From a virus, in IMG/VR virus record IMGVR_UViG_3300047552_000255, positions 4,138 to 68,137 of that record: 64,000 nt of DNA. One strand, 5' to 3'. Within the stretch, counting starts at the first letter, position 1, and the number at the start of each line of letters is the position of its first letter. The translations under genes were made by a program, and so were the position numbers. The notes under the pieces are model-generated. The model saw only the letters and a list, made by a program, of their open reading frames with translations. It was not told the DNA's origin and did no database searches. Shown one piece after another: positions 8,663 through 18,364 of the stretch.

Positions 8663-10381
8663 TTATTGGATGTAGCCAGCTTGCTTACCTTGGGCGATTT
8701 CTGCGGGCGTGAGCGGGGGCATCTTGTTGCGAGCCCGCATACCGTTTACTTCTTCCAGAGTTCGGGGGCCTGTGGGCTCTGCGCCGTCATACCCGATGAT
8801 CACTCCGCCCCGACCACGAATCGGCGTGCCTTGCAGTTTTGGGCCAGCCATTGCTGCGGGCTTCGCGGTGCTCGGCTCGGCGGGCTTCTTCTGGGGCTTG
8901 GACATGCCAGCTTCTTTGACGCTGAGCATGCGTTCCCCGCTCGGGCCAACGTAGACATAACGCAGTTCACCTGCGTCGTTCTCCTGCAAGACCATCTGCA
9001 CGCCTGCTTTCGCGGCTTCCTGTTTGAGCGTCTTGTACTCGCCGATCTCCATGCCAAGCGGCATCTTCTCGCCGTTGTAGCCGTTGTACAGCGGCTGGCC
9101 GTTTTCCTTATCGACGTAGGTGTACGTGCCGTCGTCGTTCTTTTGCTGGATAACTGCACGCTTGAGTACAGACCCACCGGAGCCGCGACTGCTTCCATCG
9201 TTGAGGCTCAGCGGCTGGCCGTCCTTCACGTTGAGCACGTTGAACCGCGTGATGAGGGCGCGGCGTTTTTCCGCGTACTTCGGATCAGACGGGTCGAGGT
9301 TGCTCAACTCCTCTTGGATACCAGCAGCTTCCGTGCGGCGGGCCTTCTGATCGTCGATGACCCCGATCTGCGCGTTCTTGTAGTCGGCGTTGGTCTTGGC
9401 GTTAGTTGCCGCAGCGTTGGCCGTGATGCGCCCGTTCTCATCCGTAACGCTCTGGTGCTTGGTGTTGTTGCCGGTGTCCACAGTGCCTTTGAGAGACGCG
9501 TTGAACTTGCTGACCAGCTCGCCCATGTCCTTGCTTACCCCGGACAGCATAGTGAGTCCATCTTGAGCAAAGCCGCCATCCATCAGCGCGTGCGCCGTGG
9601 CGATCTGGCGGAGCTGGGCGGGGCTTACCTGAATGAACTCAGACTTGCCGTTCTTCACCAGCTTCAGTTCCCGGTAGCCTGTCGGCTTGCCCTTGGCGTC
9701 CAGTACGTCACCAGCGTCGTAGATAGGCAGTCCGGACATGCTCGAAGCGTTGAGGCCGGGCAGCATCTCACGAATCTGGTCGTCGGTCATCTTGCCGACC
9801 TTGCCGTACACATCTTCCTTGTCCAGCTCGCGGGACTTCGCATCCAACGCGGCAAATACGTCCGGCCCGGCCCGCTTGGCTGCTGCCAGTGTGTAGAGGG
9901 CTTGCAGGTTGTCGCGGGGGTTAGCCGCACGCGTCTGCACCGTGGGGCCTGTCATTGCACCTTGGCCCGTAGCCTGCCCTGCGTCGTTGTACTGCGTCGG
10001 GGCCTGCCCACTCACGTTGTACTTGGGGGCCATGCCCGGCATGGCAGACTTGCCGAGCATCGCAGCTTCCTCGTTTCCGAGACGAGCTGTTGCATCCACC
10101 AACCCTTTACCGCCGCTCGTGTTCAACACCTGCACGGACTTGTCGCTCATGCCGGACGTGTTCCCGGCCACCACGCCGTTGGTACGCAGACCAGTCAAGC
10201 CACGAAAGGCCTCGTCCTCGTTGGCCCGGTCGCGCATGCGGTTTGAAAAATCCATTGCCTGCCGGTCAGCTTCCGCCTGCGCACGTTTCTCTGCTGCGTC
10301 GCGGCGGTCGTCTTCCAGCAACTTGAAGTAGACGTCTTGGCCCCTGTCGAAGCCCTGAACAAAGCTATTGCCGAATCCCAT
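8663..10381 (-). CDS. Internal virion (ejection) protein, 572 aa
   Basis: MGFGNSFVQGF N-terminus, helical composition, and podovirus synteny after the nozzle and GNAT genes. Confidence 0.7.
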   Translation of the reverse strand: MGFGNSFVQGFDRGQDVYFKLLEDDRRDAAEKRAQAEADRQAMDFSNRMRDRANEDEAFRGLTGLRTNGVVAGNTSGMSDKSVQVLNTSGGKGLVDATARLGNEEAAMLGKSAMPGMAPKYNVSGQAPTQYNDAGQATGQGAMTGPTVQTRAANPRDNLQALYTLAAAKRAGPDVFAALDAKSRELDKEDVYGKVGKMTDDQIREMLPGLNASSMSGLPIYDAGDVLDAKGKPTGYRELKLVKNGKSEFIQVSPAQLRQIATAHALMDGGFAQDGLTMLSGVSKDMGELVSKFNASLKGTVDTGNNTKHQSVTDENGRITANAAATNAKTNADYKNAQIGVIDDQKARRTEAAGIQEELSNLDPSDPKYAEKRRALITRFNVLNVKDGQPLSLNDGSSRGSGGSVLKRAVIQQKNDDGTYTYVDKENGQPLYNGYNGEKMPLGMEIGEYKTLKQEAAKAGVQMVLQENDAGELRYVYVGPSGERMLSVKEAGMSKPQKKPAEPSTAKPAAMAGPKLQGTPIRGRGGVIIGYDGAEPTGPRTLEEVNGMRARNKMPPLTPAEIAQGKQAGYIQ

Positions 10382-10390
10382 ATCAGCTCC

Positions 10391-11491
10391 TTACAGCTTG
10401 GAGTAGTCCACGCCGTCAAACCCGTTCCATGCGCCAGCGATGTACGCATCGGGGCGGAACACCGCAACCTCATCAGCCATGACGCCGACGATTGTTGGCC
10501 CGCCGTCGATGAAGTTGTACGAATAAACATTGAGCCCGTCTGGGCGGGTGCCCAGCAGCTTCACGTTGGTCTTCAGTCGGCGGTCGGACAGGAACGCTGC
10601 CATCGACGCCATACCGCCTTGCGTTGCAGCGGCTTTTCCGAGCCCAGCAGCCAGCGCACCGGCACCTTGACCCAAGATAGCCCCAAACGGATCGGCCTCG
10701 GACTGAGAGAGCTTGTCCATGCCGAGCTTGTACTGGGACTGGGCACCATACATGCCAGTTGCGTTGGAGCCCATAGCCCCACCGAGACCGCCAGCGGTGT
10801 TCCAGCCAGAGTTCATGCCCGAGAGGCCGGAGTTGGTCAGGCCAAGGCCTGCGGCTCCGAAGCCAGCGCCAGCGCCAGTGGCTTGCATGCCCATCGTCGG
10901 GTAGCCGTTCAGTGCGCCAGCGGCGCGGTCGGTCAGTGCGTAGCCCTCTTGGCGAGCAGCTTCACGAACCTTGTTTCCTGCGTTGGCAGCGGCCACGGCC
11001 TGCATCAGGCTGTTGTCATTCATCGACGCGAGCGCCGCGCCGGAGTTCATGTTGATACCGCGAGAGGCCAGATTGCGGGCCGTCATGCCTTGGGCGTTGG
11101 CGAACGAGGCGTTCACACCCTGCATTGCTTCTTCGCCAAGCTGGTTGGCGCGGTCGCCCTCGTTGAAGCTCTTGGCGTCGGAGATCATCCGGTCTTGCAT
11201 GCCGGTGAGTTCGCCACGACGGCCCAGTGCCCACTCGCGGTCAGCTTGAGATTGATCCCACGCTGTCTTCGACGAGTCCAATCCAAACTGGAGCTGCTGC
11301 CGTTGCAGTGGTGCCATGTCGCGGGAGTTGGACATGATCTCTTTGATCGCGTCGTTCTGGACGCCCATCGAGTCGATCTGTGCTTGAACCAGACGCGGGT
11401 CTGGCGGAGGAGCCGAATTGCCGCCCTTGCCACCGCCGGGGTACAGGCGAATGCCTGACTGGTAACCGCTGTGTTTGTTAGGGATTAACAT
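10391..11491 (-). CDS. Internal virion protein with C-terminal S74-type intramolecular chaperone domain
   Basis: GGGKGG..APPPDP N-terminus, Gly/Ala-rich body, and SDRRLKTNV...YSYNF...GVMADEV...VDYSKL. Confidence 0.8.
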   Translation of the reverse strand: MLIPNKHSGYQSGIRLYPGGGKGGNSAPPPDPRLVQAQIDSMGVQNDAIKEIMSNSRDMAPLQRQQLQFGLDSSKTAWDQSQADREWALGRRGELTGMQDRMISDAKSFNEGDRANQLGEEAMQGVNASFANAQGMTARNLASRGINMNSGAALASMNDNSLMQAVAAANAGNKVREAARQEGYALTDRAAGALNGYPTMGMQATGAGAGFGAAGLGLTNSGLSGMNSGWNTAGGLGGAMGSNATGMYGAQSQYKLGMDKLSQSEADPFGAILGQGAGALAAGLGKAAATQGGMASMAAFLSDRRLKTNVKLLGTRPDGLNVYSYNFIDGGPTIVGVMADEVAVFRPDAYIAGAWNGFDGVDYSKL

Positions 11492-11897
11492 ACTTGCACT
11501 CCGAGCGTCGCATGACGTACAAAATCACATCGCCGCCGTCGCTGGCTGCGCCTTGAAGGGTGGCCTCCTGCCGGAAGCCGAGATGCTCATCAAACTTCCG
11601 AGCGTCCATATTCCATGCCTCCACGTACCCGCTTACGCGTGAGCACCCAAGCTGCACGAACGGGTACAAAAACGCGGCCCGCAGATACTCTTTGGTCATC
11701 CAGCGCTTGCCCGGAACGGCGGCAACGTGCATCCACACGTTGTGCTTGTTGTAGCCCTCGTAGATCACGCCGGCTATCAACTCCCCGTCTCGCTCCAAGC
11801 CGAGCGCCTGCATTCCGGCTACCATGTTGACTGAGGTGTACTGGCTTACAAACGCGTAAACCCGTGCTGGATTGTCCCAAACAATACGTGTAGCCAT
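11478..11897 (-). CDS. GNAT-fold acetyltransferase-like virion assembly protein (DUF2824-like)
   Basis: AGVIYE..., AFLYPFVQLGC.RV, and EHLGF.QEA.L GNAT motif. Canonical position between nozzle and ejection genes. Confidence 0.8.
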   Translation of the reverse strand: MATRIVWDNPARVYAFVSQYTSVNMVAGMQALGLERDGELIAGVIYEGYNKHNVWMHVAAVPGKRWMTKEYLRAAFLYPFVQLGCSRVSGYVEAWNMDARKFDEHLGFRQEATLQGAASDGGDVILYVMRRSECKYVNP

Positions 11898-11930
11898 CGC
11901 GGGGATTGTAAGCTAACACGTTAGACATGG

Positions 11931-12131
11931 CTAGGTCGTTCCCTGCAAGCGGGCGATGATTTCGTTGACCTTGGAGATGATCTGCGCGGTTGTGGCGGCG
12001 CTGTCCAGTGGCTTGATGACTGGCTGGGCCTGCGCGGTGATGTAGCTGGTGACGTCCTGAAGCGCCCGCAGTAGCTGGGCGTCGTTGTTCCCGTTGTACG
12101 GGGGGACTGTCTGGAACTTGCGGGATGCCAT
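11931..12131 (-). CDS. Small tail-associated protein (66 aa)
   Basis: Coupled to the nozzle gene; C-terminal IISKVNEIIARL. Confidence 0.65.
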   Translation of the reverse strand: MASRKFQTVPPYNGNNDAQLLRALQDVTSYITAQAQPVIKPLDSAATTAQIISKVNEIIARLQGTT

Positions 12132-13921
12132 CAGCTTGCCTTCAGTTCTTGGATGGAGTTCGCCAGCTCAATGCCCATGACTTCCCGCTGGCCGACGATC
12201 ATCAGCTCCCAGCCAAGCGACTTGAAGCCTCCGGGCAGAGTGTGCACCGTGTTCAGGTCCAGCTCTTTGGAGAACCGCAGCTCCGACCCGGCGTAGACGT
12301 ACAACGTCACCGTGGACAGCACCGAGGGTGTCAGCGCCTGCAAGGTGGAGTCGTTCAGGGCGATCTCGTTGAGCGCCCCGTGGTCGTTCAGGCCGGAGTA
12401 CAGCGCCCCAGTCGCAAAGGTGGCGGCGTTGGTGGCGGTGATGGCTGCGTTGGACGCAGCAACCGCAGCGGCGTACTGGACGTCGGCGGCGGAGTCTTCA
12501 CGACCAAGCACCTGCACGTATCCCATGTTCACAGGCTGCGGGGCCCGGAACAGCTTGGACTTCCATGTGTAGGTCATCGGCACCGTACCGGTCGGGTCCA
12601 GCGAGTACAGGGCGTTGTTGGTCGAGTCGATATACAGAAGCTGCCCGCTCAACGGCTCGATGGTTGCAGCAGACACGCCGATGTTCACGGTCCGCATTCC
12701 GCTCTGCTCGCGCGGGGAGAACACGAACCCCAGTTTGTTGGAGCCGGTATCGTAGAAACCGTAGTAGCGCCCCTCGAACACCGCCCCGGTGATGGTGTAC
12801 GGGTAGTAGGAGTTGAACTCTTGACGTGTAAGCACGGCGTCAGTTATCAAGCTGTCGCCACCAAGCCCGATGGACACGAGACCGTTGGAGCTGGCGTAGA
12901 TCGCACCTGTCTCGTCGCCCGCCATCGAACGCTTGGACACGCAGGGCTCAAGGCGAGGAATCTTCTGGAAGGTGAAGGAGTCAGGGTAGACGCCGGAGCC
13001 GACGTATGGGTTGGTCTGTGTTGCCACGGCCAAGTTGTTGCCGAACGCCCAGATCGCCACGATCTTCGACTCCAGCGCCTGCATGTACTTCACCGGCCAA
13101 GCGTGGGGGTAGCCCGGCTCGCAGAACCAGATTTCGTTCTCGCGGAACGCGGCCATCGTGCCCGACGGCAGGGAGACGATACCTTTGAGATCAGCCGACG
13201 GCGGTAGCCAGCCTACGGTCGCCAGCGGGTCGCCGGGGATGGCGGTGGACGCCAGTGTGTCAGTGTATGAGGCGGTGGCAAACGAGACTTGCGCCACGAG
13301 CTGGAACGTCGTGCCCGTCGTGCGGTACACCCGCTTGTAGACGTAGTTGCGCCCGGTCGTGCTTGGGTTGGTCGGGAATGTGACGGTGACGCCGCCTGTG
13401 GCCCCGAGGGTTGTCGTAGCTGACGGCGACGGAGCGGACTCCTCCAGCAGGACTGTGCCGAACTGGGTCACGTACGTGAAGACGTACACGTAGGTTCCGG
13501 CCGGGACGCTACCTGTAGTGTTGGCAAGGGTCGGCGCAGCGGTGGGAGCCGGAACCCCCATCTCGTACTCGGCCACGGGGAACGGGCCGATGCCTGCGCC
13601 GGAGGCCATCGTCAGGTTTGTCTTCTTCGGGGCCGTGCCGTTGGTGTAGTAGATGCGGTACTCGGAGTCCGAGATCGGGCTACGCGCCACGTCGGTATCC
13701 GTCGCCCACGACAGGATGTAAGAGCCGCCAGCAGGCCCGAGCGAGTAGATCGACTTGGCGCTGGTAACAATGGTGGAGGACGCCTTGGACGGCGTGTTCA
13801 GCGCCCGCAGCGAACCAGAGGTCACGCGCACGTTCGTGGCGACCTGTGCTGCCTCATCGGGGATGAGGTTCGGGGCTAGCTTGGGAGCCATCCCCTTGAA
13901 CGAGCTGATGCTGATTTTCAT
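12131..13921 (-). CDS. Tail nozzle / tubular protein B-like (596 aa)
   Basis: F.GMAPKL.P.L.P...AQ.A.N N-terminus, YVYVFTYVT.FG.ESAPSP, IWFCEPGYPHAWP, and YTWKSKLF. Confidence 0.8.
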   Translation of the reverse strand: MKISISSFKGMAPKLAPNLIPDEAAQVATNVRVTSGSLRALNTPSKASSTIVTSAKSIYSLGPAGGSYILSWATDTDVARSPISDSEYRIYYTNGTAPKKTNLTMASGAGIGPFPVAEYEMGVPAPTAAPTLANTTGSVPAGTYVYVFTYVTQFGTVLLEESAPSPSATTTLGATGGVTVTFPTNPSTTGRNYVYKRVYRTTGTTFQLVAQVSFATASYTDTLASTAIPGDPLATVGWLPPSADLKGIVSLPSGTMAAFRENEIWFCEPGYPHAWPVKYMQALESKIVAIWAFGNNLAVATQTNPYVGSGVYPDSFTFQKIPRLEPCVSKRSMAGDETGAIYASSNGLVSIGLGGDSLITDAVLTRQEFNSYYPYTITGAVFEGRYYGFYDTGSNKLGFVFSPREQSGMRTVNIGVSAATIEPLSGQLLYIDSTNNALYSLDPTGTVPMTYTWKSKLFRAPQPVNMGYVQVLGREDSAADVQYAAAVAASNAAITATNAATFATGALYSGLNDHGALNEIALNDSTLQALTPSVLSTVTLYVYAGSELRFSKELDLNTVHTLPGGFKSLGWELMIVGQREVMGIELANSIQELKAS

Positions 13922-14439
13922 TTTGCCGGGGCGCTGTTAGCCAGAAGTGTTGTCTTCTCTTGGCTGTTGCGGGTGGTGCCAAACCAGAACGCAATGGTCA
14001 CGCCCCAAGCGGTGCCGAGCTGGCCCAGCATGATGAGCATCACCTGCGAGTCGGACGCCTTGAACCAGCCTTGCAGCATGCCGAAAAGCGTCGTGAAGTA
14101 GCCCACCGTCACCATGAACGTGAGCGTCGCCGGGACGTACGAGCCTGTTGCCTTGAGCATGTCACGGGCAGAGTTTCTATCCGCTGCGTGTACTTTCTCA
14201 ATGTCGATGTCGTTCTGCTTGAGGAACTTCTGGAACTCGATTTCCGCAAGTTTCAGTTGAGCCACTTGGGCCGGGTCGAGCTTTCCCCCCTGAATCGCAT
14301 CCGTGACTGCCGAGACTGTCTTTTCAGATAAGCCCAGTTTATCAGCGACAAAGGAAGCAGCAACGCCGCCAAGAGGACCACCGAGAGCAGTCCCAACAAG
14401 AGGAGCAACAGTTCCGAGAAGTTTCTTCCAATCATCCAT
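13918..14439 (-). CDS. Holin (3TM gene-transfer-agent type)
   Basis: VAP.VGTALGGPLGG, DR.SAR, two C-terminal TM segments and FWFGT..S.EK. Confidence 0.75.
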   Translation of the reverse strand: MDDWKKLLGTVAPLVGTALGGPLGGVAASFVADKLGLSEKTVSAVTDAIQGGKLDPAQVAQLKLAEIEFQKFLKQNDIDIEKVHAADRNSARDMLKATGSYVPATLTFMVTVGYFTTLFGMLQGWFKASDSQVMLIMLGQLGTAWGVTIAFWFGTTRNSQEKTTLLANSAPAK

Positions 14440-14659
14440 TTAGACCTCCAAAAGATGACCCGTCGCGCGGGTCGTACTCTTCCACAAGCGTGTTCCACGT
14501 AACCCAGATACCGACGCCAACCCCACGCGCTTCGAGGTCACGACCTTCGTATGCGTACCGCTCTCGGATGTCCATCATTCGTCTGATAGCCAGTTCCATG
14601 AGCGGTGTGATACGTGGGTCGTTGAAGTCGATGTCGGCAAAGTTGACCAGTCGGCTCAT
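14432..14659 (-). CDS. Hypothetical protein in lysis region (75 aa)
   Basis: ORF overlapping the holin start. Confidence 0.55.
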   Translation of the reverse strand: MSRLVNFADIDFNDPRITPLMELAIRRMMDIRERYAYEGRDLEARGVGVGIWVTWNTLVEEYDPRDGSSFGGLNG

Positions 14660-14723
14660 AGCTTCATTGTTGTGCTGATGATCACGATGAAGATCAACAG
14701 GATCAGCAGTCCGTTAAACAGGT

Positions 14724-15131
14724 TCACATGTCCCTCACTTCGATCCAGACTTCTTCGCCATGCTCGATGGCATCCCTAATTTCAGAAAATACTCGTTCAA
14801 ACGCTGCTCTTGACTCGGTGAGAGAATTTCCGTCGCTTCCGATTCCAGTTCCTGTGAGGATGCAGCCGTGGGTCTGCTTGTCGGAATTTCCGGGGTGAAT
14901 CCTGACCCCCGTGAAGTTTTCAACACCAATAAGGAGAGGAAGATCACGCTGAAAGCGGTTGCTGAAAGTAATATCAACACGATAGCGGCCAGCAGGAATG
15001 GCAGTTTCTCCATAGATTTTTTCCTCTCGCACGACGTCTTCGAGCGTGTAGCACATGTCCACGCCGTCGATGTACATCTTCCCCAGCGTGCAGGACTTGC
15101 CACAGGCGGCGCGGATGACTTCGATAAGCAT
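14724..15131 (-). CDS. DUF5675-family putative endolysin/peptidoglycan enzyme
   Basis: T.G.MYIDG..CYTLED...KIYGETAIPAG.Y...S.RF...LP.L..V..F.GVRIH.GN....T.GCIL.G; near the holin. Confidence 0.8.
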   Translation of the reverse strand: MLIEVIRAACGKSCTLGKMYIDGVDMCYTLEDVVREEKIYGETAIPAGRYRVDITFSNRFQRDLPLLIGVENFTGVRIHPGNSDKQTHGCILTGTGIGSDGNSLTESRAAFERVFSEIRDAIEHGEEVWIEVRDM

Positions 15132-15163
15132 GGGTTTGTCCTTGAATATGGTTAGGTTTCGAC

Positions 15164-15571
15164 TCACTGCTCTGTCTGTTTGTCTGTTGCTCTACGACCC
15201 ATCGTCTGCTCCGGCTTGATGAGTTCTTCGATCTCTTCGCGCAGCGGTGCCGGGATGCTGATGTCGTGCAGGGTTAGCAGGTCCATCAGCTTGTGGACAG
15301 CCATCTCCAGCTTTGTGATCGTGCGTTGCTGCATGTGCACCTTGCGGTCCATCTTGTGGAACTCGCCGCGCAGAAGCTCCATCTCGACCGACATTGCCTT
15401 GATGGACTGGCGGAATGCTTCAAACTGCTCCGCTGTGGCAGCAGAACTCGTCTGACCGGCCTTCTCTGCCCGGAAGAAACTGATAGCCTTCATCCCGGCG
15501 ACCGCGATCAGGCCCAACGTGCCAGTTCCTGCGGCTACCTTCTCTAGAACACTCAAGTTTTCAAAGCTCAT
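15164..15571 (-). CDS. Membrane-anchored coiled-coil protein (lysis region)
   Basis: Start MSFENL; N-terminal TM then coiled coil ending GRRATD. Confidence 0.65.
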   Translation of the reverse strand: MSFENLSVLEKVAAGTGTLGLIAVAGMKAISFFRAEKAGQTSSAATAEQFEAFRQSIKAMSVEMELLRGEFHKMDRKVHMQQRTITKLEMAVHKLMDLLTLHDISIPAPLREEIEELIKPEQTMGRRATDKQTEQ

Positions 15572-15981
15572 TCCGCATCCGCCAGTGTGTGCGCCCCCAC
15601 CCATACTTCGCCAATACACATGGCAAGTACGGTGATGTCTGCTGCGCCTGAGGGGCGTACCTGATTGCCTGTGAAGCTGAAGAACGTGAACAGCCAGAGT
15701 GACAGGCCAAACAAAATGAACAGGAACAGGATGGGCTTCGGTATGCCCTTGGCGAGGTGGAATGCGATCAGAAACTTCGCGCAGGCGTAGAACCCGAAGA
15801 TCGCCGCCCATGCCTCCGGGCTGGCGAACTTGAGCATGGTGTCGTAGGCACCGCCCTCTGTGTGGGCAGTGATGAAGCCAATGGACAGCAAGCTGGCGAT
15901 GATCGCCATCATGATCCGCACTGCGGTCACGTCGGCCAGAACGATGCTGGCAATCTTGCGCTCAATGGGCGAAAGGATCAT
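15568..15981 (-). CDS. Multi-pass membrane protein (137 aa)
   Basis: Four hydrophobic segments; 4-nt overlaps with both neighbours. Confidence 0.7.
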   Translation of the reverse strand: MILSPIERKIASIVLADVTAVRIMMAIIASLLSIGFITAHTEGGAYDTMLKFASPEAWAAIFGFYACAKFLIAFHLAKGIPKPILFLFILFGLSLWLFTFFSFTGNQVRPSGAADITVLAMCIGEVWVGAHTLADAE

Positions 15982-16247
15982 GGCTTCGGATACTTGGCCT
16001 TGACAGCCAAGCAGGCGTCTTTGTATGCCTGAATCTGGGCGGCATCGTCCTTCACCAGACCGTCGATCAGGTCAATCAGCGGCGGGTACTCCGCGCGGCG
16101 CAGGTCTGCGTAGGTGGGCGCAGGTGGCACGGGCTTGAGGGCTTCAGCTTCCTCGTCGGTGATGGCAACGGAGCCAGCAGGGAGGAGGTTGATGAAGTTG
16201 TCATCGTCCAGAAAGTGGACGGTGTTGTCGGGGGACTTGTAGTGCAT
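15978..16247 (-). CDS. Tail fibre-associated small protein
   Basis: TYA.LRR.EYP...D..D...Y..AC.AVKAKYPK motif directly after the fibre gene. Confidence 0.75.
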   Translation of the reverse strand: MHYKSPDNTVHFLDDDNFINLLPAGSVAITDEEAEALKPVPPAPTYADLRRAEYPPLIDLIDGLVKDDAAQIQAYKDACLAVKAKYPKP

Positions 16248-16256
16248 GGTGATTCC

Positions 16257-17612
16257 TTATCGAAGTTCAGCCGCGCCACCAGACATAGTTCCTGTCCAGA
16301 GATAGCTGGCCCCCGGAGGCACAATCCCTGATGCGTGCCCGCGTCCGTTAGAGCCAGAACCGGCTCGCCCATATCCACACTCGGAAACACCTATTCCAGC
16401 CACGCGCAGGTCTAGCGTCACGGCGGAGTCCACGTTGTTGCCGATGAACCCCACAACATAGATGGGTCGCCCTGTGGTGTTGTAGTAGGTGGTGCCTGCG
16501 GAGCGAGATGCTGTCTGCCACGTCTGCCCGTAGCCCAGAGCCAGCATTGCTGCGGTTGCCTGCCCGCCAGCGCCCTGAACCGTAGAAGGTGCGGACGCCC
16601 AAGTGCCAGCCGTTGCCTGCGTGGAGTCGATGAAGCCAATGACTCGGTACGCCACGTTGGAGCGAGCGGTGGTCGAGTAGGCTACGTTGGCGGAGTCAGC
16701 GGCGGCGGATATGGCTGTCGTGCTGATCAAGCCGGTCTCATCCAACGTGATGCCGCCGGTTGTGGTGCTGACAGAGTTGTACTGGTTGATGACAGCCAGT
16801 TCGATGGTCCCAGCGTTGTTGATCGCAAGGACGTACAGGCGCGATGCGACTGCGTTGGATGTGCCGAGGGTCGCGCCGCTTGGGATAACCAGATCGGCAG
16901 GTGTGCTCTTGACAGTGGTGACAGCGCCGCTGTTGGCCGTGGTGCTGCGGAAGTCGAGCGTGAGCGCCGGGGCAGTGACCGTCATCGCGCTTGCGGCGAC
17001 AGTGGCACCAACGGCCTTGATGTCTGCGTACTGAGTGGTCGTAGTCCACGCGGGTGGGAGGTCAACGCCCTGAGAAGCCAGAACCTGCCCGGCGGTGCCA
17101 AGGCCCAAGAAGCCTGTGGTTCCGACAGCGGACTGGTACGGCAAAGCGCCGATAGCCCCGGCAGCGAGGTTGGTCGCCGTGGTCGCAGCAGTTGCCGAAG
17201 ACGCTGTTCCCGTCAGGTTTCCGGTGACGTTGCCAGTGACGTTGCCCGTCACGTTACCGACGAAGGACGATGCTGTTACAGGGCCGGTGAAGGTCGGGCT
17301 GTCCAGCGGGGCCAGCTCGTTGATCACGGCGGCGGTCAGGTTCAGGGAAACGCGGGTGCCAGCGCCGGAGGCGGCGAACGCGCGAGCGGAAGTGCCGTCT
17401 TGTGCCCGGTCGATGGTGAACACGTCTACAGCACGGGTGGTGACCTTGACAACTTCTGGGACGTTGCCGCTGTCGAGCAGGGTGACGTAGAAGTACCCGC
17501 TGGATGGGAACTTGCTGCCCGTACCGGCAGCCACAGTCATGGACGTGGCTACGTTGGTGATGTCTGCCGCCAAGGTCGTGACGGCGTTATTTGTAAGCTG
17601 TGCGCGAGCCAT
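16257..17612 (-). CDS. Tail fibre protein (451 aa)
   Basis: N-terminal anchor NNA.TTLA...EVVKVT.R..D..TI.RAQDGT.AR, GNVT repeats, and C-terminal GYGQTWQ...R..GTTYYNTTGRPI...IVPPGASY. Confidence 0.85.
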   Translation of the reverse strand: MARAQLTNNAVTTLAADITNVATSMTVAAGTGSKFPSSGYFYVTLLDSGNVPEVVKVTTRAVDVFTIDRAQDGTSARAFAASGAGTRVSLNLTAAVINELAPLDSPTFTGPVTASSFVGNVTGNVTGNVTGNLTGTASSATAATTATNLAAGAIGALPYQSAVGTTGFLGLGTAGQVLASQGVDLPPAWTTTTQYADIKAVGATVAASAMTVTAPALTLDFRSTTANSGAVTTVKSTPADLVIPSGATLGTSNAVASRLYVLAINNAGTIELAVINQYNSVSTTTGGITLDETGLISTTAISAAADSANVAYSTTARSNVAYRVIGFIDSTQATAGTWASAPSTVQGAGGQATAAMLALGYGQTWQTASRSAGTTYYNTTGRPIYVVGFIGNNVDSAVTLDLRVAGIGVSECGYGRAGSGSNGRGHASGIVPPGASYLWTGTMSGGAAELR

Positions 17613-17666
17613 TGGCTACTCCTGCGAAGTTATGCTAGTTTAACCGACTAACACGCTTACATCAAC

Positions 17667-18005
17667 TCAGATGTGTTTGCCGCGCCGGTCGAATGGGTCC
17701 AGAAAGTGCTTGGCGAACCAGACTGCCACCGTATGCCGCCAGTCGCTGTAGTGGTCCTTGTAACGGGTCAGGCGCTCGGACACGGTCATTTCCTTGGGTA
17801 GGTCAAGGAACAGCAGGGTGACAAGCACATTGGCTGTGAAGTCGATCATCAGCCCCAGCAGCAGGACGGAGTAGGCAAACGGCTTACAGACCCACGTCAG
17901 CTTGTCTTCTGCGTAGGCCCGGTCAAGGCTCATGACGGCCAAGAAGAACATCCACAGGACGCAGAGCAGGACGTAGTAGGCGGCGATGGTGTACAGGATT
18001 TCCAT
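17667..18005 (-). CDS. Membrane protein (112 aa)
   Basis: Two or three TM segments; LFLDLPKE.TVS.RL.RY...LDPFD..G.H. Confidence 0.7.
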   Translation of the reverse strand: MEILYTIAAYYVLLCVLWMFFLAVMSLDRAYAEDKLTWVCKPFAYSVLLLGLMIDFTANVLVTLLFLDLPKEMTVSERLTRYKDHYSDWRHTVAVWFAKHFLDPFDRRGKHI

Positions 18006-18007
18006 GT

Positions 18008-18364
18008 TTACTCCTTGGCTGTCAGTGGGTGGGAATACTCCATCGGGTCGCCGCCCGGCGGGATCATGTCCGGGTCGAGCAGTTCCCCGGCTGGGTCGCG
18101 CAGGGCGTGGATGCAGTACGCCAGCGTGTCGTCCTCAAGGGCCACCAGCGTGTGCAGCTTTCTGGCGCGAATGTAGATCATCTGGGGGGCTTTGAAGACC
18201 TTCTCCACACCCTCAACTGCCACACGCAGTGAACCCTTCGCCAGCAGCGTCAGGTGGTCAAAGTGGTGGTCGTGCGGCTGCTCAACGTCACCGGCCCGGA
18301 CAAAGTGCATCTGCCTTGTCCACAGGTTGGCAACGGTGCCTAGCTGGATGACTGGGTCGCTCAC
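18008..18364 (-). CDS. Cupin-fold protein
   Basis: H.H.FDH.TLLA.G and H.L.ALED.T..YCIH metal-binding cupin motifs. Confidence 0.8.
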   Translation of the reverse strand: MSDPVIQLGTVANLWTRQMHFVRAGDVEQPHDHHFDHLTLLAKGSLRVAVEGVEKVFKAPQMIYIRARKLHTLVALEDDTLAYCIHALRDPAGELLDPDMIPPGGDPMEYSHPLTAKE

